Below, piece after piece: positions 1-11,943 of a DNA stretch of 64,000 nt. Position 1 is the first letter of the stretch. Every line of letters begins with the position of its first letter. The translations under genes and the position numbers were made by a program. The stretch lies in NCBI RefSeq assembly GCF_036507355.1, contig NZ_AP027877.1; one strand, given 5' to 3'. The DNA is from Escherichia coli. Lineage in GTDB: Bacteria; Pseudomonadota; Gammaproteobacteria; Enterobacterales; Enterobacteriaceae. Under the pieces are notes generated by a model. That model was given only the letters and a program-made list of their open reading frames with translations, was not told the DNA's origin and did not search any database.

Positions 1-1204
1 CATCACCGATTTTTATCGCTCATGGCGCGGTGTTCGGGCAGCGACAGAATTTGCCCTGTTGTTACAAAACTGGACCTTAAGCGTGATTTTCAGCGCCGGA
101 CTGGTGGCGTTCAACAATGATTTCGACACGCAACTGAAAATCTGGCTGGCGTGGTATGGGCTGACCAGTATCGGACTGGTGGTTTGCCGTTCATGTATTC
201 GTATTGGGGCGGGCTGGCTGCGTAATCATGGCTATAACAAGCGCATGGTCGCCGTAGCGGGGGATTTAGCCGCCGGACAAATGCTGATGGAGAGCTTCCG
301 TAATCAGCCGTGGTTAGGGTTTGAAGTTGTGGGCGTTTACCACGACCCGAAACCGGGCGGCGTTTCTAACGACTGGGCGGGTAACTTGCAACAGCTGGTC
401 GAGGATGCAAAAGCGGGCAAGATTCATAACGTCTATATCGCGATGCAAATGTGCGACGGCGCGCGAGTGAAAAAACTGGTCCATCAATTGGCGGACACCA
501 CCTGTTCGGTGCTGCTGATCCCCGATGTCTTTACCTTCAACATTCTCCATTCACGTCTCGAAGAGATGAACGGCGTTCCGGTGGTGCCGCTGTATGACAC
601 GCCGCTTTCCGGGGTTAACCGCCTGCTAAAACGTGCGGAAGACATTGTGCTGGCGACGCTGATCTTGCTGCTGATCTCCCCGGTGCTGTGCTGTATTGCG
701 CTGGCGGTGAAACTCAGTTCACCTGGGCCGGTTATTTTCCGCCAGACTCGCTACGGCATGGATGGCAAGCCGATCAAAGTGTGGAAGTTCCGTTCCATGA
801 AAGTGATGGAGAACGACAAAGTGGTGACCCAGGCGACGCAGAACGATCCGCGCGTCACCAAAGTGGGGAACTTTCTGCGCCGCACCTCGCTGGACGAATT
901 GCCGCAGTTTATCAATGTGCTGACTGGCGGGATGTCGATTGTCGGTCCGCGTCCGCATGCGGTGGCGCATAACGAACAGTATCGACAGCTCATTGAAGGC
1001 TACATGCTGCGCCATAAGGTGAAACCGGGCATTACCGGCTGGGCGCAGATTAACGGCTGGCGCGGCGAAACCGACACACTGGAGAAAATGGAAAAACGCG
1101 TCGAGTTCGACCTTGAATACATCCGCGAATGGAGCGTCTGGTTCGATATCAAAATCGTTTTCCTGACGGTATTCAAAGGCTTCGTTAACAAAGCGGCATA
1201 TTGA
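1..1204 (+). CDS. wcaJ: Colanic acid undecaprenyl-phosphate glucose phosphotransferase, 5'-truncated by window start
   Basis: Frame open to position 1; C-terminal sugar transferase sequence; sits upstream of wzxC-wcaKLM as in the colanic acid operon. Confidence 0.85.
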   Translation, partial: ITDFYRSWRGVRAATEFALLLQNWTLSVIFSAGLVAFNNDFDTQLKIWLAWYGLTSIGLVVCRSCIRIGAGWLRNHGYNKRMVAVAGDLAAGQMLMESFRNQPWLGFEVVGVYHDPKPGGVSNDWAGNLQQLVEDAKAGKIHNVYIAMQMCDGARVKKLVHQLADTTCSVLLIPDVFTFNILHSRLEEMNGVPVVPLYDTPLSGVNRLLKRAEDIVLATLILLLISPVLCCIALAVKLSSPGPVIFRQTRYGMDGKPIKVWKFRSMKVMENDKVVTQATQNDPRVTKVGNFLRRTSLDELPQFINVLTGGMSIVGPRPHAVAHNEQYRQLIEGYMLRHKVKPGITGWAQINGWRGETDTLEKMEKRVEFDLEYIREWSVWFDIKIVFLTVFKGFVNKAAY

Positions 1205-1205
1205 T

Positions 1206-2684
1206 ATGAGCTTACGTGAAAAAACCATCAGCGGCGCGAAGTGGTCGGCGATTGCCACGGTGATCATCATCGGCCTCGGGCTGGTGCAGATGACCGTGCT
1301 GGCGCGGATTATCGACAACCACCAGTTCGGTTTGCTTACCGTGTCGCTGGTGATCATCGCGCTGGCAGATACGCTTTCTGACTTCGGTATTGCTAACTCG
1401 ATTATTCAGCGAAAAGAAATCAGCCACCTTGAACTCACCACGCTGTACTGGCTGAACGTTGGGCTGGGGCTTGTGGTGTGTGTGGCGGTGTTTTTGTTGA
1501 GCGATCTCATCGGCGACGTGCTGAATAACCCGGACCTGGCACCGTTGATTAAAACATTGTCGCTGGCGTTTGTGGTGATCCCCCACGGGCAACAATTTCG
1601 TGCGTTGATGCAGAAGGAGCTGGAGTTCAACAAAATCGGCATGATCGAAACCAGCGCGGTGCTGGCGGGCTTCACTTTTACAGTGGTTAGCGCCCATTTC
1701 TGGCCGCTGGCGATGACCGCGATCCTCGGTTATCTGGTCAATAGTGCGGTGAGAACGCTGCTATTTGGCTACTTTGGCCGGAAAATTTATCGCCCCGGTC
1801 TGCATTTCTCGCTGGCGTCTGTTGCGCCGAACTTACGCTTTGGTGCCTGGCTGACGGCGGACAGCATCATCAACTATCTCAATACCAACCTTTCAACGCT
1901 GGTGCTGGCGCGTATTCTCGGCGCGGGCGTGGCAGGGGGATACAACCTGGCGTACAACGTGGCCGTTGTGCCGCCGATGAAGCTGAACCCGATCATCACC
2001 CGTGTGTTGTTTCCGGCATTCGCCAAAATTCAGGACGATACCGAAAAGCTGCGCGTCAACTTCTACAAGCTGCTGTCGGTGGTGGGGATTATCAACTTTC
2101 CGGCGCTGCTCGGGCTGATGGTGGTGTCAAATAACTTTGTACCGCTGGTATTTGGCGAAAAGTGGAACAGCATTATTCCGGTGCTGCAATTGCTGTGTGT
2201 GGTGGGTCTGCTGCGCTCCGTAGGTAACCCGATTGGCTCGCTGCTGATGGCGAAAGCGCGGGTCGATATCAGCTTTAAATTCAACGTATTCAAAACATTT
2301 CTGTTTATTCCGGCGATTGTTATTGGTGGGCAGATGGCGGGCGCAATCGGCGTCACGCTTGGCTTCCTGCTGGTGCAGATTATCAACACCATTCTGAGTT
2401 ACTTCGTGATGATTAAACCGGTTCTTGGTTCCAGTTATCGCCAGTACATCCTGAGTTTGTGGCTGCCGTTTTATCTCTCGCTGCCGACGCTGGTGGTCAG
2501 TTATGCACTGGGCATTGTACTGAAAGGGCAACTGGCGCTGGGGATGCTGCTGGTGGTGCAAATAGCCGCAGGCGTGCTGGCGTTTGTGGTGATGATTGTG
2601 CTGTCGCGCCATCCGCTGGTGGTGGAAGTGAAGCGTCAGTTTTGTCGCAGCGAAAAAATGAAAATGCTTTTACGGGCGGGGTGA
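1206..2684 (+). CDS. wzxC: Colanic acid repeat-unit flippase (492 aa)
   Basis: Polytopic membrane protein; position and length match the colanic acid operon. Confidence 0.85.
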   Translation: MSLREKTISGAKWSAIATVIIIGLGLVQMTVLARIIDNHQFGLLTVSLVIIALADTLSDFGIANSIIQRKEISHLELTTLYWLNVGLGLVVCVAVFLLSDLIGDVLNNPDLAPLIKTLSLAFVVIPHGQQFRALMQKELEFNKIGMIETSAVLAGFTFTVVSAHFWPLAMTAILGYLVNSAVRTLLFGYFGRKIYRPGLHFSLASVAPNLRFGAWLTADSIINYLNTNLSTLVLARILGAGVAGGYNLAYNVAVVPPMKLNPIITRVLFPAFAKIQDDTEKLRVNFYKLLSVVGIINFPALLGLMVVSNNFVPLVFGEKWNSIIPVLQLLCVVGLLRSVGNPIGSLLMAKARVDISFKFNVFKTFLFIPAIVIGGQMAGAIGVTLGFLLVQIINTILSYFVMIKPVLGSSYRQYILSLWLPFYLSLPTLVVSYALGIVLKGQLALGMLLVVQIAAGVLAFVVMIVLSRHPLVVEVKRQFCRSEKMKMLLRAG

Positions 2685-2693
2685 ATGGTTGTT

Positions 2694-2900
2694 TTAGGCT
2701 CCGACAACGGTTGCCGGGTGCAGCGTAAAACGCCTTATCCATCCTACGGTTCTGTGCTCGGGACCTGTAGGCCTGATAAGACGCGTCAGCGTCGCATCAG
2801 GCACTGAATGCCGGATGCGGCGTGAACGCCTTATCCGGCCTACGGTTCTGTGCTCGGGTCTTGTAGGCCTGATAAGACGCGCCAGCGTCGCATCAGGCAA
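2694..2900. repeat. REP/BIME-type palindromic repeats, about two copies
   Basis: Near-identical GC-rich palindromic units (gcctgatgcgacgctg...cttatcaggcctaca) repeated in the wzxC-wcaK spacer. Confidence 0.55.
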
Positions 2901-2959
2901 AAAACGGCAACGAACACAACAAACACAGCCTCACCTGGCATCAAATTTATGAGGAAAAA

Positions 2960-4240
2960 ATGAAATTACTTATTCTGGGCAACCACACTTGCGGCAATCG
3001 TGGCGACAGCGCCATCCTGCGCGGCTTACTTGATGCCATCAACATCCTCAATCCACACGCCGAAGTGGACGTGATAAGCCGCTATCCGGTCAGTTCTTCC
3101 TGGCTGCTCAACCGCCCGGTAATGGGTGATCCGCTGTTCCTTCAAATGAAACAACACAACAGCGCAGCGGGCGTTGTCGGGCGCGTTAAAAAAGTCCTCC
3201 GTCGCCGCTACCAGCATCAGGTATTGCTCTCACGCGTCACCGACACTGGCAAGCTGCGTAATATCGCCATCGCCCAGGGATTCACCGACTTCGTGCGCCT
3301 GCTGTCAGGTTACGACGCCATTATCCAGGTCGGCGGATCGTTTTTTGTCGATCTCTATGGTGTGCCGCAGTTTGAACACGCGCTATGCACGTTTATGGCG
3401 AAAAAGCCGCTGTTTATGATTGGTCACAGCGTCGGTCCGTTCCAGGATGAGCAATTTAACCAACTGGCGAACTACGTTTTTGGTCACTGCGACGCGCTGA
3501 TCCTGCGCGAATCGGTCAGCCTTGAACTGATGAAACGCAGCAATATCACCACTGCAAAAGTTGAACATGGCGTCGATACCGCGTGGCTGGTCGATCACCA
3601 CACCGAAGATTTCACCGCCAGCTATGCCGTCCAACACTGGCTGGACGTTGCCGCACACCAGAAAACGGTGGCAATTACCCTGCGCGAACTGGCACCGTTC
3701 GACAAACGTCTCGGCACCACTCAGCAAGCGTATGAAAAAGCCTTTGCCGGGGTGGTCAATCACATTCTCGATGAAGGGTATCAGGTGATTGCGCTCTCCA
3801 CCTGTACGGGCATCGACAGCTATAACAAAGACGACCGCATGGTGGCGCTCAACCTGCGCCAGCATATCAGCGATCCTGCCCGTTATCACGTAGTGATGGA
3901 TGAACTCAACGATCTGGAAATGGGCAAAATTCTCGGTGCCTGTGAACTCACCGTCGGTACGCGCCTGCACTCCGCCATTATCTCAATGAACTTTGCTACT
4001 CCGGCGATTGCCATCAACTATGAACATAAATCCGCCGGGATTATGCAGCAGCTGGGACTACCGGAGATGGCAATTGATATCCGTCATTTATTAGACGGCA
4101 GCCTGCAAGCGATGGTTGCGGATACCTTAGGCCAGCTTCCGGCGCTGAACGCACGACTTAGCGAAGCCGTCAGTCGTGAGCGTCAGACGGGAATGCAGAT
4201 GGTGCAGTCCGTACTGGAACGCATCGGGGAGGTGAAATGA
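2960..4240 (+). CDS. wcaK: Colanic acid pyruvyl transferase (426 aa)
   Basis: Length and position in the wca operon. Confidence 0.85.
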   Translation: MKLLILGNHTCGNRGDSAILRGLLDAINILNPHAEVDVISRYPVSSSWLLNRPVMGDPLFLQMKQHNSAAGVVGRVKKVLRRRYQHQVLLSRVTDTGKLRNIAIAQGFTDFVRLLSGYDAIIQVGGSFFVDLYGVPQFEHALCTFMAKKPLFMIGHSVGPFQDEQFNQLANYVFGHCDALILRESVSLELMKRSNITTAKVEHGVDTAWLVDHHTEDFTASYAVQHWLDVAAHQKTVAITLRELAPFDKRLGTTQQAYEKAFAGVVNHILDEGYQVIALSTCTGIDSYNKDDRMVALNLRQHISDPARYHVVMDELNDLEMGKILGACELTVGTRLHSAIISMNFATPAIAINYEHKSAGIMQQLGLPEMAIDIRHLLDGSLQAMVADTLGQLPALNARLSEAVSRERQTGMQMVQSVLERIGEVK

Positions 4241-5457
4241 AGGTCGGCTTCTTCTTATTGAAATTTCCGCTGTCGTCAGAAACCTTCGTTCTTAACCAAA
4301 TCACTGCGTTTATTGATATGGGCTTTGAAGTGGAGATTGTCGCGCTGCAAAAAGGCGACACACAAAACACCCACGCGGCATGGACGAAATACAACCTTGC
4401 CGCCAGAACCCGCTGGTTACAGGACGAACCTACGGGCAAAGTGGCGAAACTGCGCCACCGAGCCAGTCAGACCTTGCGCGGCATTCATCGTAAAAATACC
4501 TGGCAGGCGCTCAACCTCAAACGCTATGGTGCCGAGTCGCGGAACCTGATTTTGTCTGCCATTTGCGGCCAGGTCGCAACACCGTTTCGCGCCGATGTGT
4601 TCATCGCTCATTTTGGCCCGGCGGGGGTAACCGCAGCAAAACTACGGGAACTGGGTGTCATTCGCGGCAAAATTGCCACTATTTTCCACGGCATTGATAT
4701 TTCCAGTCGGGAAGTGCTCAACCATTACACTCCCGAATATCAGCAACTGTTTCGACGTGGCGACCTGATGTTACCGATAAGTAATCTGTGGGCCGGAAGG
4801 CTGCAAAAAATGGGCTGCCCGAGGGAAAAAATTGCCGTATCGCGTATGGGCGTGGACATGACGCGTTTTAGCCCGCGTCCGGTGAAAGCGCCAGCAACGC
4901 CGCTGGAAATCATTTCCGTCGCACGCTTAACCGAGAAAAAAGGCCTGCATGTGGCGATCGAAGCCTGCCGGCAGTTGAAAGAGCAGGGCGTGGCATTTCG
5001 CTATCGCATCCTCGGCATTGGCCCGTGGGAACGACGCCTGCGCACCCTCATCGAACAATATCAACTGGAAGATGTGGTAGAGATGCCGGGCTTTAAACCG
5101 AGCCACGAAGTGAAAGCGATGCTCGACGACGCGGATGTCTTCCTGTTGCCATCGGTAACGGGCGCGGATGGCGATATGGAAGGCATTCCGGTAGCGCTGA
5201 TGGAAGCGATGGCGGTCGGCATTCCAGTGGTTTCTACTCTGCATAGCGGAATACCGGAATTGGTGGAGGCCGATAAATCCGGCTGGCTGGTGCCTGAGAA
5301 CGATGCTCGCGCACTGGCGCAACGCCTGGCGGCATTTAGCCAACTGGACACCGACGAACTGGCTCCGGTTATCAAACGTGCGCGCGAAAAAGTCGAACAC
5401 GATTTTAACCAGCAGATGATCAATCGAGAACTCGCCAGCTTGCTGCAAGCTTTATAG
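4237..5457 (+). CDS. wcaL: Colanic acid glycosyltransferase, GT4-like (406 aa)
   Basis: Overlaps wcaK stop by 4 nt; glycosyltransferase family 1/4 C-terminal motifs. Confidence 0.85.
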   Translation: MKVGFFLLKFPLSSETFVLNQITAFIDMGFEVEIVALQKGDTQNTHAAWTKYNLAARTRWLQDEPTGKVAKLRHRASQTLRGIHRKNTWQALNLKRYGAESRNLILSAICGQVATPFRADVFIAHFGPAGVTAAKLRELGVIRGKIATIFHGIDISSREVLNHYTPEYQQLFRRGDLMLPISNLWAGRLQKMGCPREKIAVSRMGVDMTRFSPRPVKAPATPLEIISVARLTEKKGLHVAIEACRQLKEQGVAFRYRILGIGPWERRLRTLIEQYQLEDVVEMPGFKPSHEVKAMLDDADVFLLPSVTGADGDMEGIPVALMEAMAVGIPVVSTLHSGIPELVEADKSGWLVPENDARALAQRLAAFSQLDTDELAPVIKRAREKVEHDFNQQMINRELASLLQAL

Positions 5458-5467
5458 AGGAGAACGC

Positions 5468-6862
5468 ATGCCATTTAAAACACTCTCCCGACGCACCTTC
5501 CTGACGGCAAGCTCGGCGCTTGCCTTCCTCCATACCCCTTTCGCTCGCGCACTTCCCGCCCGACAAAGCGTTAACATTAACGACTACAACCCTCACGACT
5601 GGATCGCCTCATTTAAACAAGCCTTCAGCGAAGGGCAAACGGTCGTCGTGCCTGCTGGATTCGTTTGTGACAATATCAACACCGGCATCTTCATCCCTCC
5701 CGGCAAAACGTTACACATCCTTGGAAGCCTGCGCGGCAACGGCAGAGGGCGATTTGTCTTACAGGACGGCAGCCAGGTGACAGGGGAGGAGGGCGGCAGT
5801 ATGCATAACATCACCCTGGATGTGCGTGGTTCTGACTGCACCATCAAAGGGCTGGCGATGAGCGGCTTTGGCCCGGTAACGCAGATTTATATCGGCGGCA
5901 AAAACAAACGGGTCATGCGCAACCTGACCATCGATAACCTGACCATTAGCCACGCTAATTACGCCATCTTACGGCAGGGATTTCATAACCAGATTATCGG
6001 TGCCAACATCACCAATTGTAAGTTCAGCGACTTACAGGGGGACGCTATTGAATGGAACGTGGCGATTAACGACAGTGATATTTTGATCTCCGACCATGTC
6101 ATCGAGCGCATCAACTGTACCAACGGCAAAATCAACTGGGGCATCGGTATAGGCTTTGCGGGAAGCACTTACGATAATAATTACCCGGAAGACCAGGCAG
6201 TGAAAAACTTTGTCGTGGCGAATATCACGGGATCGGATTGTCGGCAGTTGATCCATGTTGAAAATGGTAAACATTTTGTTATTCGTAATATCAAAGCCCG
6301 CAATATCACGCCGGATTTCAGTAAGAAAGCAGGCATTGATAACGCGACAGTTGCTATTTACGGTTGTGACAATTTCGTGATTGATAATATTGAAATGATT
6401 AATAGCGCCGGGATGTTAATCGGCTATGGGGTAATTAAAGGCAAATATCTCTCGATACCGCAAAATTTCCGAGTGAATAATATTCAACTGGATAACACCC
6501 ACCTTGCTTACAAATTGCGCGGCATCCAAATCTCCGCCGGGAATGCTGTCTCCTTTGTGGCGCTGACTAACATTGAGATGAAGCGTGCCTCGCTGGAGTT
6601 ACACAACAAGCCGCAACATCTTTTTATGCGTAATATCAAGGTGATGCAGGAATCCTCTGTTGGACCCGCATTGATCATGAACTTCGACATGCGCAAAGAC
6701 GTTCGAGGCGTCTTTATGGCGAAAGAAGAAACACTGCTGTCTCTTGCAAATGTTCATGCGGTGAATGAAAGAGGGCAAAGCTCCATCGATATCGACAGGA
6801 TTAATCACCATATTGTTAATGTGGAAAAGATTAACTTTAGATTGCCGGAACGGAGAGAGTAG
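5468..6862 (+). CDS. wcaM: Colanic acid biosynthesis protein WcaM (464 aa), beta-helix type with signal peptide
   Basis: N-terminal twin-arginine-like signal ([13 protein letters not shown]); last gene of the wca operon before galF. Confidence 0.8.
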   Translation: MPFKTLSRRTFLTASSALAFLHTPFARALPARQSVNINDYNPHDWIASFKQAFSEGQTVVVPAGFVCDNINTGIFIPPGKTLHILGSLRGNGRGRFVLQDGSQVTGEEGGSMHNITLDVRGSDCTIKGLAMSGFGPVTQIYIGGKNKRVMRNLTIDNLTISHANYAILRQGFHNQIIGANITNCKFSDLQGDAIEWNVAINDSDILISDHVIERINCTNGKINWGIGIGFAGSTYDNNYPEDQAVKNFVVANITGSDCRQLIHVENGKHFVIRNIKARNITPDFSKKAGIDNATVAIYGCDNFVIDNIEMINSAGMLIGYGVIKGKYLSIPQNFRVNNIQLDNTHLAYKLRGIQISAGNAVSFVALTNIEMKRASLELHNKPQHLFMRNIKVMQESSVGPALIMNFDMRKDVRGVFMAKEETLLSLANVHAVNERGQSSIDIDRINHHIVNVEKINFRLPERRE

Positions 6863-7036
6863 ATTTGCGACCATTCCTGGAAAAATGGAGCCATACTTAA
6901 GAACAATGCTACTGCAATCCACAACGAAGCGGCGTAACATCACAAGTAATTCAGTAATCAATTCAGGGTAATTGATGCTGGCGAAGAAAATCGAACAAGC
7001 TATAATTCAGCAACCATTTTACAGGTGGATGAAATA

Positions 7037-7930
7037 ATGACGAATTTAAAAGCAGTTATTCCTGTAGCGGGTCTTGGGATGCATATGTTGCCTGCCACTA
7101 AGGCGATTCCCAAAGAGATGCTACCGATCGTCGACAAGCCAATGATTCAGTACATTGTTGACGAGATTGTGGCTGCAGGGATCAAAGAAATCCTCCTGGT
7201 AACTCACGCGTCCAAGAACGCGGTCGAAAACCACTTCGACACCTCTTATGAATTAGAATCTCTCCTTGAACTGCGCGTGAAGCGTCAACTGCTGGCGGAA
7301 GTACAGTCCATTTGCCCGCCGGGCGTGACAATTATGAACGTGCGTCAGGGTGAACCTTTAGGTTTGGGCCACTCCATTTTATGTGCACGACCTGCCATTG
7401 GTGACAATCCATTTGTCGTGGTGCTGCCAGACGTTGTGATCGACGACGCCAGCGCCGACCCGCTGCGCTACAACCTTGCTGCCATGATTGCGCGCTTCAA
7501 CGAAACGGGCCGCAGCCAGGTGCTGGCAAAACGTATGCCAGGTGACCTCTCTGAATACTCTGTCATCCAGACCAAAGAGCCGCTGGACCGCGAAGGTAAA
7601 GTCAGCCGCATTGTTGAATTCATCGAAAAACCGGATCAGCCGCAGACGCTGGAATCAGACATCATGGCCGTTGGTCGCTATGTGCTTTCTGCCGATATTT
7701 GGCCGGAACTTGAACGCACTCAGCCAGGTGCATGGGGGCGTATTCAGCTGACTGATGCCATCGCCGAACTGGCAAAAAAACAGTCCGTTGATGCCATGCT
7801 GATGACAGGTGACAGCTACGACTGCGGTAAAAAAATGGGCTATATGCAGGCATTCGTTAAGTACGGACTGCGCAACCTGAAGGAAGGGCCAAAGTTCCGT
7901 AAGAGCATTGAGAAGTTGCTCGGGGAATAG
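7037..7930 (+). CDS. galF: UTP-glucose-1-phosphate uridylyltransferase paralogue GalF (297 aa)
   Basis: ATG at 7037 preceded by GGTGGA; protein begins [14 protein letters not shown]; conserved position before the O-antigen cluster. Confidence 0.9.
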   Translation: MTNLKAVIPVAGLGMHMLPATKAIPKEMLPIVDKPMIQYIVDEIVAAGIKEILLVTHASKNAVENHFDTSYELESLLELRVKRQLLAEVQSICPPGVTIMNVRQGEPLGLGHSILCARPAIGDNPFVVVLPDVVIDDASADPLRYNLAAMIARFNETGRSQVLAKRMPGDLSEYSVIQTKEPLDREGKVSRIVEFIEKPDQPQTLESDIMAVGRYVLSADIWPELERTQPGAWGRIQLTDAIAELAKKQSVDAMLMTGDSYDCGKKMGYMQAFVKYGLRNLKEGPKFRKSIEKLLGE

Positions 7931-8184
7931 ATCCAAGCCAATGTAACAATAATTTAGATAAATAGCGGCAGCTAACATTCCGGCGTCTATGCTTTAAACA
8001 AAGGAATGTTACTGTCGTTTTTCTTTTTAAAACAAAGAATAACAACGAGTTAACCTACTAAGTTTAATCTATTTTTTGTTGGATTTATCCTTGTTTCTGA
8101 CAGCATTTGGTAAGACAATTGGCGTTTGAATTTAAGATAGCTTTGCGATAGCTAGCGGGGCGGGGTACATCTTTGGCATTTTGC

Positions 8185-8223
8185 TAGTGCACTGGTAGCT
8201 GTTAAGCCAGGGGCGGTAGCGTG
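8185..8223 (+). promoter_or_regulatory. JUMPstart element with ops (GGCGGTAG) upstream of the O-antigen cluster
   Basis: Sequence cagtgcactggtagctgttaagccaggggcggtagcgtg; ops core at 8212-8219. Confidence 0.65.
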
Positions 8224-8322
8224 GTAAGATTGTGTTTATATGATGCGTTCTCAAAATAAGAAATAATAATCCTGACTATTTTTATACTATTGATAATATC
8301 TGAAATAAACTTAAGAGCAAAC

Positions 8323-9327
8323 ATGAAAGTAATTGTAAATAATTTTTTTGATGGTATTTTGAAAAGAGGAATACCGATCTATACTTCTGAACTTGTGCAA
8401 AAGTTAAGAGACAATAATGTTCAGGTTATTTATGTTGCATGTCCAAAAGCATTCCATAAGCTGCCTTCATGGTTTCTGAATGTTCTTTTTATAATAGTAG
8501 AGCAGCTTTTAATACCAATTATGGGTATATTTTATAGAACTAAGTATAATATATATCCCTATAATAGTAGTTCCATCATTGACTTGTTATTAGGTAAGGC
8601 AATTGTTATAATTCATGACTTCATTAGTCTTAAGAAAAATAAACGAAATCTTGCTGCCATTTATGTGAAAGTCTGTATTTATTTTTCATCTTTTTTAGCA
8701 AAGAAAGTAATATTTATTTCTCAAAGCACTCAGCGAGTATCTAAGAGAATATCGCTATTTAAGTGTATAGAATCTATCCTGCTCCCAAATCCATTTTTCT
8801 CATTTGAGAAAATTGCTAATGTTACCGAAATAAAAGATCTTGGATATTTACTTCTAGTTTCAGGTTTAGGGGATAATAAGGATCTAGGCACAGCTCTGGA
8901 CTATTATTTTTCAATCCCAAGGGAAGAAAGAATACCATTAAAAATATTAGGTTGTGGGAATGGTATTAGCAAGGTTAACGACTTAATTGATGGGCGGGAT
9001 ACAGATAAAGAAATTGAAATTATTGGTTTTGTTTCTTTAGAGGAAGTCGTCAAACTATATTGTAATTCTAAAATTGTTTGGGCTCATTCGCTTGCCGAGG
9101 GGTATGGGAGGACTTTAGCTGAAGCAAAACTCACATGCAAAAATGTTATATGCACACGGATCTCTGCTTTCCGCGAACAAAAGGATTCGAATATTTTCTT
9201 TTATACTTACTATTCTGAGTATTATGAAGTCTATTCATACTTGGTAGATAATTCACCCAGTGTCGAAAGGAAAGCTCTGCATGAACATATTTTATTTGAA
9301 AATGAATTGAGAAAGATTTATGAGTAA
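8323..9327 (+). CDS. Putative O-antigen glycosyltransferase (about 334 aa)
   Basis: Low-GC ORF, first gene after JUMPstart; ATG at 8323 (track start 8290 is TTG). Function inferred from context only. Confidence 0.5.
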   Translation: MKVIVNNFFDGILKRGIPIYTSELVQKLRDNNVQVIYVACPKAFHKLPSWFLNVLFIIVEQLLIPIMGIFYRTKYNIYPYNSSSIIDLLLGKAIVIIHDFISLKKNKRNLAAIYVKVCIYFSSFLAKKVIFISQSTQRVSKRISLFKCIESILLPNPFFSFEKIANVTEIKDLGYLLLVSGLGDNKDLGTALDYYFSIPREERIPLKILGCGNGISKVNDLIDGRDTDKEIEIIGFVSLEEVVKLYCNSKIVWAHSLAEGYGRTLAEAKLTCKNVICTRISAFREQKDSNIFFYTYYSEYYEVYSYLVDNSPSVERKALHEHILFENELRKIYE

Positions 9328-10522
9328 TATTGATATAAATAAGAAACAGATCTTAGTTTTGACTCCACGGTTCCCGTTTCCTGTCATTGGTGGGGATCGA
9401 TTACGTATCTATAAGATCTGTAAAGAACTGTCTAAGCATTATGATCTTACGTTGCTGAGTCTGTGTGATAAACGCGAAGAGCTCAACTATGAATATGATC
9501 GTGAAGTTTTTAGTAGTGTTCACAGAGTATATCTTTCAAAGAAAAAATCTATTTTAAATGTCATATTCTCTTTGTTTTCAAATACTCCCCTACAGATTGG
9601 GTATTATAAATCTAAAGAATTTGAAGATAAACTTAAGCAGTTATTACCTGAACATTCTGCAACTCTTTCACATTTGATAAGGGTTGGTGATTATGTGAAA
9701 GAGAATAAAGATATAAATTTTTTAGAGATGACCGATGCCATTTCACTTAATTATAAACGAGTAAAGGAAAAAGCATCTTTATTGAGTTTAAAAACATTTG
9801 TATATTCTTTTGAACAAAAAAGACTCGAACGATATGAGCGAACTATAAATAACAAGTTCAGCTTGACTACTTTAGTATCACAGGTTGACTCCGATTATTT
9901 ATATCCAGACCGTCCGAATAATGTATTAGTCTGTGGAAATGGTGTTGATGCCGTTAGCTTACCTTTTTCAGAACGAAAAATAGCTAAAGATAAAAAGATA
10001 ACCCTTGTATTTATAGGTAATTTATATTCTTTGCAAAATATGGATGGTGTGAGATGGTTCACCAAGGAAGTTTTACCATTTCTTAACAAGCATGGTAATT
10101 TTGAATTTAAGGTCATCGGACGTATTACAGATAAAGATAAGAGTTGGTTAGAAAGCCAGCCTGGCGTTGTTGTCACAGGTGAAGTTGATAGCATAACTTA
10201 TGCAGCAGCTGATGGGCATATTGGTGTATGTCCTATTAGATTAGGGGCAGGTATCCAAAATAAGGTACTTGAATATATGGCGTTGGGATTACCTTGTATC
10301 TCTTCTACTGTAGGCTTTGAAGGCTTGGGAGCAGAGGAGGGTAAGGAGATTTATGTTGCCAATACAAAAGAAGAATATTTACGTGTATTAAATTATTTTA
10401 TAACAAATCTGGATAAATATACCGAAACAGCATTAGTTGCGAAAAAGTTCATCGGTGAGAATTTTTCATGGGAAGCTAAATTGAGCCCATATATCCAGAA
10501 AATTAAGGAGTCTGTTAAATAA
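9320..10522 (+). CDS. Glycosyltransferase, GT4 family (400 aa)
   Basis: C-terminal GT4-type region (GxxE...E motifs); low GC; inside the O-antigen cluster. Confidence 0.7.
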   Translation: MSNIDINKKQILVLTPRFPFPVIGGDRLRIYKICKELSKHYDLTLLSLCDKREELNYEYDREVFSSVHRVYLSKKKSILNVIFSLFSNTPLQIGYYKSKEFEDKLKQLLPEHSATLSHLIRVGDYVKENKDINFLEMTDAISLNYKRVKEKASLLSLKTFVYSFEQKRLERYERTINNKFSLTTLVSQVDSDYLYPDRPNNVLVCGNGVDAVSLPFSERKIAKDKKITLVFIGNLYSLQNMDGVRWFTKEVLPFLNKHGNFEFKVIGRITDKDKSWLESQPGVVVTGEVDSITYAAADGHIGVCPIRLGAGIQNKVLEYMALGLPCISSTVGFEGLGAEEGKEIYVANTKEEYLRVLNYFITNLDKYTETALVAKKFIGENFSWEAKLSPYIQKIKESVK

Positions 10523-10523
10523 A

Positions 10524-11939
10524 ATGATTATCCCAATTATTATGGCCGGTGGTTCTGGTACTCGCTTATGGCCTCTTTCGCGTTCGTTATACCCGAAACA
10601 ATTTTTATCATTGATTAATGAAAATAGTTTGCTCCAGGAAACGTTGAAGAGACTTGATGGATTAAATTGTTTGCCTCCTGTCATTGTTAGCAATAATGAG
10701 CATAGATTTATTGTTGCTGAACAATTGCGCCAGTTCGGTGTGGATGACTTCCAGATTATTCTAGAACCTGTAGGTAGAAATACTGCGCCCGCCGTTGCGC
10801 TGGCTGCTCTAAAGTCTCTAGAACTCCATGGCGATCATCATATGCTGGTTCTTGCTGCTGACCATGCTATTCAGGATATTGAAGCCTTCCATGCAGCTGT
10901 TTTAGCTGCAGAACAAGAGTCCGTTGACAATAAGTTAGTGACTTTTGGCATCGTCCCGACCAAACCTGAAACTGGGTATGGCTATATTAAAAAGGGCGAA
11001 CAAGTTAAAAACTCTGTATTTAAAGTAAATTCTTTCGTCGAAAAACCTGATTTAGAAACGGCTAAAAATTATCTCGAACAAAAATGCTATTTGTGGAATA
11101 GTGGTATGTTCATGTTCAAGGCGAGCGTATATTTAGATGAATTGAAAAAATTTCGCCCTGATATTTTAGCAGCGTGTAAAGAGTCGCTTTCCAGTGCTAG
11201 TACTGATCTAGATTTTATCAGATTAAATTCTGATGTCTTTGCAGAATGTCCCGATGAGTCAATTGATTATGCGGTAATGGAAAAAACTCAGGATTGTGTA
11301 GTTATTCCACTTGATGCTGACTGGAGTGACATCGGTTCATGGACATCACTTTGGGAAATATCAGAGAAAGATGAACATGAAAACGTATCGCATGGCGATG
11401 TAATTAACTATAACAGCAGGAACAACTACATTTACTCTGAAGGTTCACTGATCAGCACTGTAGGAGTTAATAACCTTATTATAGTTCAAACTAAAGATGC
11501 GCTCCTGGTAGCACAGCAAGACAACGTACAAGACATAAAGAAGATTGTCGAAATTCTTAAAAAGCAAAAACGTAGCGAACATGTATCCCATCGCGAAGTC
11601 TATCGTCCTTGGGGACGTTATGATTCTGTAGAACGTGGCGACCGTTATCAGGTAAAACGTATTACCGTTAAGCCTGGTGAATGTCTCTCAACACAAATGC
11701 ATCATCATCGAGCTGAGCATTGGGTGGTTGTCGCTGGTACTGCAAAGGTGACTTGCGGCGAACGCACTTTTTTCGTCACTGAAAATGAGTCAACTTTCAT
11801 ACCAATTGGCACAGTTCATACCTTGGAAAATCCAGGAAAGATACCATTAGAAGTAATTGAGATTCAGTCGGGTGTATATCTAGGTGATGATGATATTGTG
11901 CGCCTAAGTGATAAATATGGTCGTGTTGAGGATAAATAA
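10524..11939 (+). CDS. manC: Mannose-1-phosphate guanylyltransferase / mannose-6-phosphate isomerase (471 aa)
   Basis: N-terminal nucleotidyltransferase motif ([15 protein letters not shown]) and C-terminal cupin isomerase region. Confidence 0.85.
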   Translation: MIIPIIMAGGSGTRLWPLSRSLYPKQFLSLINENSLLQETLKRLDGLNCLPPVIVSNNEHRFIVAEQLRQFGVDDFQIILEPVGRNTAPAVALAALKSLELHGDHHMLVLAADHAIQDIEAFHAAVLAAEQESVDNKLVTFGIVPTKPETGYGYIKKGEQVKNSVFKVNSFVEKPDLETAKNYLEQKCYLWNSGMFMFKASVYLDELKKFRPDILAACKESLSSASTDLDFIRLNSDVFAECPDESIDYAVMEKTQDCVVIPLDADWSDIGSWTSLWEISEKDEHENVSHGDVINYNSRNNYIYSEGSLISTVGVNNLIIVQTKDALLVAQQDNVQDIKKIVEILKKQKRSEHVSHREVYRPWGRYDSVERGDRYQVKRITVKPGECLSTQMHHHRAEHWVVVAGTAKVTCGERTFFVTENESTFIPIGTVHTLENPGKIPLEVIEIQSGVYLGDDDIVRLSDKYGRVEDK

Positions 11940-11943
11940 TTAT

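Noticed and set aside
3383-3970. 195-aa ORF antisense to wcaK
   Set aside because: Embedded in wcaK; no start context.
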